Assembly: GCA_040390065.1 (NCBI GenBank)
Contig: JAZJZE010000011.1
Coordinates: 32,001-96,000, forward strand
DNA length: 64,000 nucleotides
Reading direction: 5' to 3'
DNA from: a bacterium
GTDB lineage: Archaea > Thermoplasmatota > E2 > JACPAO01 > JAHFTW01
In this document: piece after piece, positions 54,671-64,000 of the stretch
Numbering within the stretch: position 1 is the stretch's first letter
Layout of the letters: each line of letters begins with the position of its first letter
Program-made: the position numbers and the translations under genes
The notes under the pieces: generated by a model
Told to the model about the DNA's origin: nothing
Database searches by the model: none
The model's input: only the letters and a program-made list of their open reading frames with translations

Positions 54671-56452
54671 CTAGAACCTGAACGTGCCGAAGTGCGGTGT
54701 CACGCCCGGCACGAAGAAAAGGGACCACACGCCTCCAACGGCGGCCTGGCGGAAGCAAGTGACGACGCCCGCGCCGGCGTCCGCGTACATCTCGATTGAT
54801 GGGAAGATTGTGGTGAGGGGGCGGAAGTCCACTTGCCGACGGGCCAAGTCGATGATTAGGTTCCCCCGGATTGCGATGTCCGGCGATCCAAACACGCACG
54901 GGTCATTCGCCGTGGCATCGAAGAGAACGTCGTAACGCCGGGAAGATGGCAACGCGGGGCCGACGGTCGTCACGGCCGCGCTTGGCGCCGGCCTAGCGCT
55001 GCACTTGTACGCTCCCGTCCCGCAATCCACCTCGAAGGTTAGGTCGCCGTTTTCAGAGTGGCTTGCCGTGCCGGTGGAGGTGTCGAAGTCGATGAGGAAC
55101 CTCAGACGCGAGCTTGCCCCGATGGCTGGATTGAATGTGCGCTCGTCCGTTTCGAAGCATGAGTTCCAGTGCGGTCCTGGAAGTGGCGGCCCCTCGAAGA
55201 CCTGGCGGCCGGCGAACGGGCCTCCTCGCTGGATGTGGGCACCCGAAAGGGTGTTTGGGATGAAGGCGTGAAACCAGAACCTGATGTGGCGGGGAAGCGG
55301 CCGCGCTGCCGCGGCCGGAGTTGGAAGGGGCGCAGGAGTGTGGGTGGGGCGCGGCCCTTCGAAACTCACGGTTGCCCGCCGGTTCCTGCCCTCTACTCCG
55401 AACTGCGTCGTCTGACCGTGAACGAACCGTTCGATGGAGACGTTGGGAATGCCTTGCAGACCGCCCGCACGAGGTGATTGCAATGCTGCTACGACCGCCA
55501 AAGCCCTGCGGCAGGAGAGACGCCAGTTGTACTCCTGCGCCACGTGTTCATCGCGGCTGCCACGAAACCGTGTACTCGAGTAGGCGTGAACCTGAATCCG
55601 CGGCTGGTTCCCCGCGGCATGCCAGTTCCGAATCACTTGGTCGAGCGCATCGCGCCGAGCGTCATCCAACGAGTCCTCATCGTTGCCGAAAAGGGTTTCC
55701 AGGACGACGTTGGCAGGATCCTGGTTGGCGACCGGGCAACGCAGGTCGGCTGGCGGTCGGCCTGCCTGCTCGGGGAAAACTGGTCCTTGATGCGCCTGCC
55801 GATGAACTATCCATGGATTATCGGCACACGTTGCCGCCGTGCCCTGCTGGATTGTATGCACGAGTTCGTGCGCAAGAAGCCGTCGGCCTTGCGTCGTGGT
55901 CGGGTGATACGTCCCGGCAGCGAACGAGATGTCGTTTCCCACAGTGAAGGCATGCGCGGAGAACGACTCTGCTGCGGAGGCAGCCCTGGAATCCGTGTGG
56001 ATCCGGACGCCGGCGAAATCAGCGCCAAGCCGAGGCTCGAAGAAATCGCGTACGTCCTTCGGCAGCGGCGCCCCTGCGTTCGACGGCGCCACGGCGTAGC
56101 CGTCCGCCTCGAGTCGCGGCTCGCCAGCTGCGAATCGGTAAACGCCTTCCTCCTGGTCAGCACATGGTCCCTCTCCGGCGCAAGACGAGCAGCAGGAACG
56201 CTGAAGTGCGGAATTCGCGCCCGCCTGGTGCAGAACCGGCTGCTCATTGGTGGCCATCCGCATGACGCGGTCCGCCAGCATGTCGGCCTCCACCTCGGCG
56301 GCATCGTGCGGCTGGCTGACCTTCAGTTTGGCTTGCAGTCGCCGCAGGTTGAATTGGTTGCTCGCCCTCGGGTGGCAATGAGGGCGCGCGGCCGGGACTT
56401 CGGCGGGAGAGGTCGTTTGCGTGCGGTGGGACAGGCGTGCGGCCAGAGCCAT
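54671..56452 (-). CDS. DUF4157 (eCIS core) protein with OmpA-like domain and beta-rich C-terminal domain
   Basis: LQAKLKVSQPHD..E.EAD..ADRVM; PLP...R.FFEPRLGADF..VRIHTD...A.AFTVG.DI.F..G.Y.P....G..LLAHELVH..QQ; OmpA-like YNWRLSCRRA.AV...NRRA. Confidence 0.9.
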   Translation of the reverse strand: MALAARLSHRTQTTSPAEVPAARPHCHPRASNQFNLRRLQAKLKVSQPHDAAEVEADMLADRVMRMATNEQPVLHQAGANSALQRSCCSSCAGEGPCADQEEGVYRFAAGEPRLEADGYAVAPSNAGAPLPKDVRDFFEPRLGADFAGVRIHTDSRAASAAESFSAHAFTVGNDISFAAGTYHPTTTQGRRLLAHELVHTIQQGTAATCADNPWIVHRQAHQGPVFPEQAGRPPADLRCPVANQDPANVVLETLFGNDEDSLDDARRDALDQVIRNWHAAGNQPRIQVHAYSSTRFRGSRDEHVAQEYNWRLSCRRALAVVAALQSPRAGGLQGIPNVSIERFVHGQTTQFGVEGRNRRATVSFEGPRPTHTPAPLPTPAAAARPLPRHIRFWFHAFIPNTLSGAHIQRGGPFAGRQVFEGPPLPGPHWNSCFETDERTFNPAIGASSRLRFLIDFDTSTGTASHSENGDLTFEVDCGTGAYKCSARPAPSAAVTTVGPALPSSRRYDVLFDATANDPCVFGSPDIAIRGNLIIDLARRQVDFRPLTTIFPSIEMYADAGAGVVTCFRQAAVGGVWSLFFVPGVTPHFGTFRF

Positions 56453-56480
56453 GTTGGTCGAAGGAATGCGTCGCAGGGGA

Positions 56481-56495
56481 TGAATAAGCGATTCA
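56481..56495. promoter_or_regulatory. Palindromic operator over a putative TATA box of the DUF4157 gene
   Basis: TGAAT-AAGCG-ATTCA about 30 nt upstream of ATG 56452, in the divergent region with the wHTH gene. Confidence 0.45.
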
Positions 56496-56900
56496 CGAAA
56501 GAAAGGCACGCCGCAGGCTACAGGCTGGACGGCCTGTGCAAGGCCGCGCAGCCCGGGGGGGTTTCGGGGGGCCTTCTACTTGACCTTGGATGCGGCCGCA
56601 AGGACCCGTGGCCTCGCGATGCCAAGCACAAAACTGGGTGCAAACAGCCAAATCCAGCGCGGGTCGCACAAATGGGAGACCACGGCCACTGTGCCCGTCG
56701 CACCCAGGAGCCCGAAGATGGCGCTTGCGTCCTTTGTAATCTCGATGCGCATGGATGTGCGAATGCGACCGGGCCAAAAATCTTTGCAGGCGGTTCATTC
56801 GCGAGACCCAGGCATCGTGCCGGGCTCTCGCGAATCGGCGGCGATGTGTGAAGGATGTGCAGACCCAGTCGTTATGGTCATCCGGCTTTGTGGCCCCATC

Positions 56901-57455
56901 ATGGACGGGCCCGCTTGGAACCCCTTGAAAAGGAAGCGAGACGGCGCGGCGACCCGGGCCCGCCTTCAGGGTATTGTTCAAGAGCGGCCCGGCCTGAGCC
57001 TGAGTCGACTTGCATGTTTGGGTGGGGTTGCATGGCACACAGCTCGGTATCATCTACAGATTATGCAGGAACAAGGATTGCTGACCATCGAGAAGGGCCG
57101 GTGGGACAGCCGCATCTATCTCAGCTCCATCCCAACGGCGGAACGGCCATGGCGCCGCGCCCTACATGAAGACCGGACACGTCTCATCCTGAGCGCACTC
57201 TCAAGCCAGTCAGCGGCCGGTGTGCGTGATATCAGCGTGGCCGTCGGCTTGAGCAGGAAGATTGTCCGCAACCAGGTCAAACGCCTCGTCCAAGACGGGG
57301 TGGTCGCTACCAGCGGCGGCGCCCGTCCGCGCTTCTGGGCCACCGCCGCGGCCCACCGGGGCGCAGGCGGCGAGTCGCACACCGATGTTGCGCCGCCAAC
57401 CTCCGGGCAGCCCTTGGCGGAAATCACGCCGCTGCAACCCACCCTGCCGGTCTAG
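56901..57455 (+). CDS. Tandem winged-HTH transcriptional regulator
   Basis: ERPGLSLSRLA...VAWHTARYHLQIMQEQGLL and AGVRDISVAVGLSRKIVRNQVKRLVQDGVV; similar to 15715-16140. Start is inferred. Confidence 0.85.
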   Translation: MDGPAWNPLKRKRDGAATRARLQGIVQERPGLSLSRLACLGGVAWHTARYHLQIMQEQGLLTIEKGRWDSRIYLSSIPTAERPWRRALHEDRTRLILSALSSQSAAGVRDISVAVGLSRKIVRNQVKRLVQDGVVATSGGARPRFWATAAAHRGAGGESHTDVAPPTSGQPLAEITPLQPTLPV

Positions 57456-60400
57456 GCCTCGTGGAGCAGAATCCAACGGGCTGCATGGCCGCCCTCGCGG
57501 CCGCAAGGGGGGAATGTCTCGCCGCGGCTCAGCGGAATCGTGTTCTCCGGATGGGCGCTGCACTGGTAGACGCCGCTGAGACGGTTTTTCTTCCCAGTGG
57601 TTCCCGGCTCCGCTACGAGCGCGACCTGGCCTTGGTCGCCACCCAAGGGGGATTCTGTCGTGGGCGCATCTGCCCACTCTGTGTCTTGGCGGGCTTCCCC
57701 TTGCGCCGTGTTGATTGCGACTACGGGGGGCCAACCAGGCCGAACCTCGAGGCCAAGAGGGTCGGAACCAGCGGGAGGCGGCCCTCCGACGCCAACCTGG
57801 AAAAACTCGGTGCGGCCAGGCTGGCACCGCACGCGTGTTGCGGTCCTGTGCCGGACGGGCACATTCTTTCCTTCGCCGGCGCCCTGAACCGCCAAGCGCA
57901 CGGTTGGCCAGAAAATGCCATACGCCGGGCCGTCGAAGGCGAACCGGAACGCGCCGTCCGGCCCCGTGACCATGGACCGCCGCCAAGCGCGACTCCATGC
58001 GCACCACCACGGTGCATCAGGCTGAACTTGAACGCCCGCAACCGGCTGGCCGGCAGGGTCCACGACGCGGCCAGCAAGGGTGCACGAACGGGAAGCGACC
58101 GATGCAATTGGCATCCCCTCGACGGCCTCAAGCGCGGGCCCGAGTTCGGCGTCCTGCCTCGTCGTGCCCTGGGCCGCGGCCCATGCGGTCACCAGGGCCT
58201 GTAGTTCCGCCAGCACCGTCGGCTCGGAGGACGCCCAGTCTCCGAGCGGCGTCTGCAGCCCAAGGCCGGAAGCGGCGGCCGCGGACATTGGCATCGCGGC
58301 GCCCGATGCCGCCTTCGCGATGAGGCGGGCGGCCGTGGTTGGAACGGGGCCTTCACTGGCCACCACGTTTGCCGACTCCGACACGATAGACGCCACGGCG
58401 ATGAGTTGCCCTTCCGTGGGGCCTGCACCGGCGACGCGGAACGTGTTACCTTGGACGATGACTGCCGTCGGCGTCACACAGGCCACCGCGCTTGCGCCTC
58501 CGGAGCCGCACACGACGTCGTTACCGCAGAACCGGATGTCACCGGAGGCACCGCCCGTCGCGGGCGCGGCGCCTTCCACGTGAACCGCGAGGTGCGAGGA
58601 AGGCGTGGCCGTCAGGGCGGGCCAGAGCGGATCGGTGCCGGCATTGTGGAGGTAGGCGGCTGCGCCGACGATGGGCGTCGAATGGTCTGGGCCGCGTGCG
58701 TCGAGGGAGTTTCGCTCGACGCGGAGGCGGCCAATCGCTGTGACGACGAGCGCTGGGCCAGCCGGGCACGTGAAGCGGTTTCCTTCGACGAGCGCCGCGT
58801 CCGCGGCGGCTTCGGCCGTTCCCGAGGCGAACGCCCCGAGCACGTGCACGGCCGCTTGCCCGGGCTGCCCGACGTCGGCGGTGCCGTTGCCGGCCACCTC
58901 GTTCGCTAGTAGTTGCAGTCGCGTGCATCCGCGGATGGCTACGCCCTGCATGGGTCCGCCTGCTGGTCCTCCGTTGCCCACGATGCGGTTGCCGCGCAAC
59001 GCAAGGCCGGCCACGCGGGTGGCGCGGATGGCGCAACGTGGTTCGCCGTCCGGCCGCGGCGCGCGTGCGCAGTCCGTGACGACGTTATCAACGAGCTCGA
59101 CTTTCTCGATAGTGGCGAGGTCCTTGTCGGATCCGACCACGATGCCCTCCAGGGCGAAGCCGCGGATTCGGTTGCCATGGAGCCTGACCTCGACCGTTCC
59201 CGCCGAAGCTTGGCCCGGCTGCGGCATGCCGCCGACGGAGATGCCGGGACCGGAACCTCCCGACAACTCGCTGTCGGCGACGGCGACGCTTCGTGAGCCC
59301 CCTGTAATCCAGATGCCTCCGCCGTCCAAGTGGCAAGCGGCGAGGGAGACCCCGGCCGCGCCCTCGCTGCGCACGAGGACCGCTGCCTCGCCGCGGACGG
59401 TCAGGCGCGAAAGGCGTGCACCCGCTCCCCGCAACACGAGGGCCGATTGCCCCGGGTACGCCTGGATGACCGTGCGACCGGCCTGGCCTTCGATGGTGAC
59501 GTTAGGCTGGTCGACGATTACGGGGCCATCGAGGCGGTGGATGCCAGCGAGTACGCGCACCGTGCTGCCTTCGCCGGCGGCGCGCACGGCATCCTCGAGG
59601 CGACCATAGTTACCGAAGGACGACACTCCATCCCCGACCGTCAGGATGCCGGCCTCGCTGCGGGAGACGGCCGGCGAAAAGAAGGACCGGACGTCTTTGA
59701 CGCGCCATGTGACCCCACCTCTTGCTGCCGGGCTCCACTCGAGAGCGGCCAACGGGGCGGTGGCGTGCCGCACGCCCTGCGGCGGGGCCCGCTGCAGGAT
59801 GTCAATGGTGGCAGTTGCCGTACGTGTCGCGAATGTCCAGTAGTCGCCGCTTACGAGGCAGGTCCCTTCGATCTTCGGCTCGATGTCGCCCTCTAGGAAG
59901 CCGTGGCCTCCGGCCGGGAAGCAGGCCGGCCCGGAACTGGCCCACCGGCGAAGGCGCAGCCGTGAGGGTGATTCCGCGCCGGCATCTGGCCGCGTTTTCA
60001 CTGGCGGGTCCAGCACGACCCGCCGGCCGCGAATCTCGATGTCTGCAATGCGGTGGAGTGTGCCTGGCTCGCCAGCCATCTCCTGCGCGACACTTTGCAG
60101 TTCCACCGCGTCGTTGACGCGCAGGGCGAGGGGAGCATCCTGGGCCCACGGGTCGAGCACCACGGCGCCGCCCGCTTCCGCGTCGACGGTCGCGACGCTG
60201 TACGCCACCGAGGCGTTGTCACGCGCCCACTTCCACGTTGCGACGCGCCGGACGCGCCGAGCAGCCCCGACGTCGGGGAGGCTGCGATCAAGTTGCAGAG
60301 TCGTGCCGCGGCCATCAACGCCCACGACCTGCGCTAATGCCCCCGGCTGGCCCGCCGCTTCTGTGTCTGCGCCGTATACCTCGACCCACTGGCCCACTTG

Positions 60401-61150
60401 CCACAGCCGGCCATCGCACAGCCGGTGCGGAACGTGCACTGCCTTGTCCATGTCGTCGTATGCATCCGCCCCGACTTCGACCGCCTCGATTGCATTGGGC
60501 CGGGGCCAACCGTACGCTGCCCCGCCGTCGTGCACCTCGATGCGGTAGAGGCAGTCGTGTGATCCCCGGTAGCGCCCCTTGCCAGGCGCGACCGGCGGGG
60601 CGTCGATGGTCAGCACCGCGTCCGTTCTAATCGCCTCGGTGGCCGCGTCCCGGCCGTCCTCCGCATCGCGCACGACCTGGACCTTCACCTGGGCGACGGT
60701 CTGCACACGAGTTGCCGTATCCAGTCCCCGAAGGCCAGCGTCGAGGAGGCTCGGGTCTTCCAAGGCCGACACATGGCGCTCCCACACGTCGAGGTAGGCA
60801 AGCGCCGAGCCTGCCTTGGATAGGTCGAGGCGGGGCGCGGCCGGCAGCATTGGTTGGGAGAAGTAGCGCACCGGCCCGTCAAGCCGGCAGGCCTTGCCAT
60901 GCACGTAATACAATCCCGCGGAGATGTCGAAGTCGCCGACATCGTTGGGGGTACCGATGGCGAATCCTGCGGCGTGTCGCGGCCCCCCCGCGGGGCCCAC
61001 CGCGTCGCGGACGAACTGCTCACGCAAGTGGTCGTGGATGGCTGCAGCCTCGTTCCAGTCCGCATCCAGGTCGACGCGACCCTGTTGCCGCAGGACGCGG
61101 GAGTAGTTCTTCGTGGGGTCGTGCCTCAGCGTGGTAAAGTCTCCTTTCAT
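57452..61150 (-). CDS. DUF6519 eCIS protein with right-handed beta-helix repeats
   Basis: MKGDFT...YSRVLRQQGRVDLDADWNE; YLDVWERHVSALED..L...L.G.DTATR; LYRIEVH..G; WKWARDNAS; GDYWTF..R; parallel beta-helix repeats. Confidence 0.9.
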   Translation of the reverse strand: MKGDFTTLRHDPTKNYSRVLRQQGRVDLDADWNEAAAIHDHLREQFVRDAVGPAGGPRHAAGFAIGTPNDVGDFDISAGLYYVHGKACRLDGPVRYFSQPMLPAAPRLDLSKAGSALAYLDVWERHVSALEDPSLLDAGLRGLDTATRVQTVAQVKVQVVRDAEDGRDAATEAIRTDAVLTIDAPPVAPGKGRYRGSHDCLYRIEVHDGGAAYGWPRPNAIEAVEVGADAYDDMDKAVHVPHRLCDGRLWQVGQWVEVYGADTEAAGQPGALAQVVGVDGRGTTLQLDRSLPDVGAARRVRRVATWKWARDNASVAYSVATVDAEAGGAVVLDPWAQDAPLALRVNDAVELQSVAQEMAGEPGTLHRIADIEIRGRRVVLDPPVKTRPDAGAESPSRLRLRRWASSGPACFPAGGHGFLEGDIEPKIEGTCLVSGDYWTFATRTATATIDILQRAPPQGVRHATAPLAALEWSPAARGGVTWRVKDVRSFFSPAVSRSEAGILTVGDGVSSFGNYGRLEDAVRAAGEGSTVRVLAGIHRLDGPVIVDQPNVTIEGQAGRTVIQAYPGQSALVLRGAGARLSRLTVRGEAAVLVRSEGAAGVSLAACHLDGGGIWITGGSRSVAVADSELSGGSGPGISVGGMPQPGQASAGTVEVRLHGNRIRGFALEGIVVGSDKDLATIEKVELVDNVVTDCARAPRPDGEPRCAIRATRVAGLALRGNRIVGNGGPAGGPMQGVAIRGCTRLQLLANEVAGNGTADVGQPGQAAVHVLGAFASGTAEAAADAALVEGNRFTCPAGPALVVTAIGRLRVERNSLDARGPDHSTPIVGAAAYLHNAGTDPLWPALTATPSSHLAVHVEGAAPATGGASGDIRFCGNDVVCGSGGASAVACVTPTAVIVQGNTFRVAGAGPTEGQLIAVASIVSESANVVASEGPVPTTAARLIAKAASGAAMPMSAAAASGLGLQTPLGDWASSEPTVLAELQALVTAWAAAQGTTRQDAELGPALEAVEGMPIASVASRSCTLAGRVVDPAGQPVAGVQVQPDAPWWCAWSRAWRRSMVTGPDGAFRFAFDGPAYGIFWPTVRLAVQGAGEGKNVPVRHRTATRVRCQPGRTEFFQVGVGGPPPAGSDPLGLEVRPGWPPVVAINTAQGEARQDTEWADAPTTESPLGGDQGQVALVAEPGTTGKKNRLSGVYQCSAHPENTIPLSRGETFPPCGREGGHAARWILLHEA

Positions 61151-63228
61151 GATGGTTGCCTCGATGCGTCAATGATGCGGATGTCAGTCGATGGGGGAAA
61201 GAATTCCTCGATTCGGGTGCGTAGGTTTCGGCTGCGGAAGCCCTGGCGGAAGGGCCCATAGGCACCCATTTCCTCGCCGTCCTTGCCGCCCTCGAGGATT
61301 GCCTTGTCGCAGTCCGTGAGGAGCTTGGCGTACAATGGGTGGCCCAATATCCTTGATTCGAAGAGTGGCCGCGGCGGCGACGCCTTACTTGCTGGGGCTG
61401 CGCCCGGGAGGCAGCCGGGACCTTGAACCGGACCTCCGGCGGCCTCAACGAATGAGTGGTCCATGGATCCGTAGGGCCGCAGGACGTAGGCACCGTCCGC
61501 GACGATGGATCCAGTGCATGCCTGCAACTCGACGGTGTGCACCTGCCCGAAGACCGTGCATTGCACAAGTTGAAGGGGGGCACCTTTAGAAGGGGGGCCG
61601 TTCGCCTGCGCTGGTCCACAGTACGCCGCCGAGCCGGCCCGGCCGAGACCCGCGTCGATGATGCTGCCCGAGGCCCGGACAGTGGCGCCGACGGCGGGCA
61701 GCTGGATTGGACCCACGACGCTGCGCTCCAGCTCCAGCTCGAGGTCGACCACGTGGATGCCCGTGATGGCGGGCGCCCGAACAGTACGGCCGCCGTGCAG
61801 CGTGCAGTGGTCGATGCGCACGCCAAGGCGGCCGGTCAGCACGAGTCCCGCCGAGATGGCAAGGCCTGCCAACGAAAGATTCGCGTCGCCGTCGTCTACG
61901 GAAATCTTCCATGGCGCGGCCCGACGCAGGGCGGGGCGGTCGCCGGGCGCCGCCTCGATTGTCAGTTCATCGCCCGGACGCAGCAAAATGTCGGGCACGG
62001 GGAAGAGCCCATTTCCCGCAACGCGGATGATGGCCTTGGACCCCCCGTCGGGGACCGCGTTGCGCCATGCGGCCAAGGCCGCGCGCAGGGACGAGACAAC
62101 GGGCCATGGCGGGGGTTCGTTCTCGTCTGGAGTTGCCTGCGAAACCGTGAAGCGGTGCGCGTCATCCATTTCCGGCCTCGCTTGGAAGTAGGACCCGCCC
62201 CCGATGGGTTCAGGCAACCCGACGCTGGCGTCGACGCGCAATCCCCCGGCCTCGCCGTCGGGGACCACGATGCGGCCGGTGCGGACATCGATGCCGAGAC
62301 GACACCGCGTCCGATGGGAGATGCCGTTGGCGTCCCTCCACGTCGCATGAGTGGGCGGTTTCCTCCAGGTTGTGAGGTCCATGGCCACGACGGATTCGGC
62401 CGGAAGCGGCGTGCCTTGCATCCGCACGGCCAGGCTTTGTCCAAGCCCGAAAAGGGTGCTAGCCGGCTTGGCGGCGCAGCGGACCTCGTCGAGGTCGCGT
62501 GCCAACTCCGACGGGTCGATGGCCCTGGGGACCGACATGGCCCCCGTAGCTGCGCCATTGTCCGCCGCGGTTGGCCTGACGAAGAGTGGGCGGTCGGTGC
62601 CATGAGGGTCGACGGTGAAGGCCCGGATGCCTGGTATGCCGGCGGGAGCAGGCTCGATGTCGTCCAGCGGGTAGCTGCGGACCGGCCAGCAGTACACCGT
62701 GACGCTGGCGGCCGTGTGATGCGCAGCTGGCGGTTCACCGGTGCGCAGGTCCGCGCTTTGCGCCCAGGGGCGAAACGGTTCCCCGCCCGCCCAGGGGGCC
62801 TGGCGCAGGTCGACGGTCGACGGCCGGGCTGCGCCCAGTATCGGCATGGCCGCGCGGGCCACGCGAGCGCGGCCTGGCACGACGTGGACCGTCCAACCGG
62901 TCAAAGTCCGCGCCAGTTCCGCAAGCATTGGGTACGTGGCGCGGCGGCGCTGGAACCAAACGGTCTTCGCGACATCACCACGCGGGCTCAGGCCCGCCGG
63001 TGGAAGGGGGCGGTTTCCTACAAGGTCGCCGATATAAGGCAAGGCCCAGTCGCGGCAGGTCTCCACGAAGAGGTCGTCCAGGAGGCGGTCGATGTCGCGC
63101 TTCAGGACCTCGGCCTCCTCGCTCAAGGTGCCAAGGAACGCAGCAAGGGCGCCGCCACCGTACGCGTCGTCGCGCCGGTACATGGCCGGCATCAGCTGGA
63201 ACAGGTCGAGGCCTGGGCTAGACGTCAT
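61147..63228 (-). CDS. eCIS/phage-tail baseplate wedge protein (tail protein I-like N-terminus)
   Basis: LFQLMPAMYRRDD...DDLFVETC..W.LPYIGDLVG...R.DVAKT...RR.T...LA..LTGW; C-terminal EMGAY...LRTRIEEFFP. ATGA overlap with DUF6519. Confidence 0.85.
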   Translation of the reverse strand: MTSSPGLDLFQLMPAMYRRDDAYGGGALAAFLGTLSEEAEVLKRDIDRLLDDLFVETCRDWALPYIGDLVGNRPLPPAGLSPRGDVAKTVWFQRRRATYPMLAELARTLTGWTVHVVPGRARVARAAMPILGAARPSTVDLRQAPWAGGEPFRPWAQSADLRTGEPPAAHHTAASVTVYCWPVRSYPLDDIEPAPAGIPGIRAFTVDPHGTDRPLFVRPTAADNGAATGAMSVPRAIDPSELARDLDEVRCAAKPASTLFGLGQSLAVRMQGTPLPAESVVAMDLTTWRKPPTHATWRDANGISHRTRCRLGIDVRTGRIVVPDGEAGGLRVDASVGLPEPIGGGSYFQARPEMDDAHRFTVSQATPDENEPPPWPVVSSLRAALAAWRNAVPDGGSKAIIRVAGNGLFPVPDILLRPGDELTIEAAPGDRPALRRAAPWKISVDDGDANLSLAGLAISAGLVLTGRLGVRIDHCTLHGGRTVRAPAITGIHVVDLELELERSVVGPIQLPAVGATVRASGSIIDAGLGRAGSAAYCGPAQANGPPSKGAPLQLVQCTVFGQVHTVELQACTGSIVADGAYVLRPYGSMDHSFVEAAGGPVQGPGCLPGAAPASKASPPRPLFESRILGHPLYAKLLTDCDKAILEGGKDGEEMGAYGPFRQGFRSRNLRTRIEEFFPPSTDIRIIDASRQPS

Positions 63229-64000
63229 GTCGTGCCTCCGCCACATCCACGACGATTTCGCCAGCTGATGCGACTTGGTTGCCTTCGAATGCCAGCGCGC
63301 CCGACAAGGTCGGCTGCGCTGCTTCGTCCTTCCGGAACCGAGTAAGCTCGACGGATGCAACGCCAGTTACCCGTTGCAGGCAGGCCACCAGCCTGCTGGC
63401 GTGCAGGGGCTGCCCGACGTCGCTTCCCATCTCGGCAAACAGGCTCCGGATAGCGGCGACTCCGGCAGCCTGGACGCGCGCGCCTTCGCGGGCGTCTGTG
63501 ATGCGCAGGCGCGCCGTGACGGCGACGCGCACGAACTCGGGCGCGACGACTCGAACGGTGACCGTTGGGTCGCCCAACGCGTCTAGATAGGCGGCAACGG
63601 CCTGCTGAAGCTTCTTGTCCGGCTGAGGAGTGCCCGCGACGACGACCTCCACCACGCGGCGGCCGTCCACGAGGGTCGCGCTGGCGCGGGCGAGGCCGAT
63701 GCCGGCAAGGCGGCACGCCGCGTCCTCATAGTCGCGCAAGGAGACCAGTTGGCCAAGGGCGCGCACCGAACGTCCGGCCCGCCGCCGCACCGAAGACGTG
63801 TCCTCCGCGTCTGCTCCGCCGGCGCCACCGGCGACATTTCGTGCGCGCTGCAGCCGGGCTGGCGAATCAACGAGGGCGCAGACCTCGCCGGCAGCGACGT
63901 TTCCGGCCCTTCCCAACCCAACGCGGTAGCGGGCTTCGATGGTCGTGCCGCCGGGTGGCCGCATACCGTGGCGACCGTCGCCGAAGAGGATGGTGGTTCG
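63218..64000 (-). CDS. Baseplate assembly (J-like) protein, C-terminal part; 5' end lies outside the window
   Basis: ILFGDGRHGMRPP....ARYRVGLG..GNV...GGADAE...LVSLRDYED.A...GI..A.A. Confidence 0.88.
   Translation of the reverse strand, partial: RTTILFGDGRHGMRPPGGTTIEARYRVGLGRAGNVAAGEVCALVDSPARLQRARNVAGGAGGADAEDTSSVRRRAGRSVRALGQLVSLRDYEDAACRLAGIGLARASATLVDGRRVVEVVVAGTPQPDKKLQQAVAAYLDALGDPTVTVRVVAPEFVRVAVTARLRITDAREGARVQAAGVAAIRSLFAEMGSDVGQPLHASRLVACLQRVTGVASVELTRFRKDEAAQPTLSGALAFEGNQVASAGEIVVDVAEARHDV

Larger units (their letters stand above)
53186..64000 (-). other. Distal part of an extracellular contractile injection system (eCIS) locus
   Basis: Co-oriented baseplate J, wedge, DUF6519 and DUF4157 genes; no capsid, terminase or integrase in view. 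Confidence 0.8.

Noticed and set aside
52511-54799. 762-aa plus-strand ORF
   Set aside because: Antisense shadow of the PG-binding protein gene; Arg/Gly/Pro-rich with no motifs.
61456-63345. 629-aa plus-strand ORF (likewise 55478-56851 and 11337-12734)
   Set aside because: Shadow or alternate frames overlapping motif-supported genes.
57452-64000. Prophage tail region
   Set aside because: The DUF6519 and DUF4157 context indicates eCIS. No capsid, portal, terminase or lysis genes are in view.

Overview
GC-rich archaeal DNA, most likely from a Thermoplasmatota member. This is inferred from a PAN proteasome ATPase C-terminus, a CCA-less tRNA-Val(GAC), TATA-like boxes about 25 nt before leaderless starts, PGF-CTERM-like sorting tails, a DUF6015-like protein and tandem winged-HTH regulators. 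After about 2 kb of core genes and the tRNA, the rest is accessory and dominated by surface and conflict functions. (i) 5.5-16 kb: secreted adhesin, subtilase and FN3 cluster with a TM-TPR plus wHTH pair. (ii) Three copies of a secreted 8-9-Cys mini-protein. They bracket a 7-kb segment holding a two-gene RiPP-like operon (double-Gly precursor plus aKG-HExxH-type enzyme) and a nonsense-interrupted HEPN gene, and a 5-kb cassette of two BNR lipoproteins plus a membrane-spanning wHTH receptor. (iii) An unexplained 874-aa wHTH/NDT-like protein with a TRAM-like partner. (iv) A 2824-aa Sec-exported Rhs toxin with a cognate membrane immunity candidate. (v) The distal end of an extracellular contractile injection system (baseplate, tail, DUF6519), followed by DUF4157-OmpA-like and peptidoglycan-binding HExxH cargo candidates, which suggests archaeal anti-bacterial weaponry. 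No integrase, transposase, CRISPR array or rRNA was seen. All domain calls come from motif recognition by eye, not from database searches.
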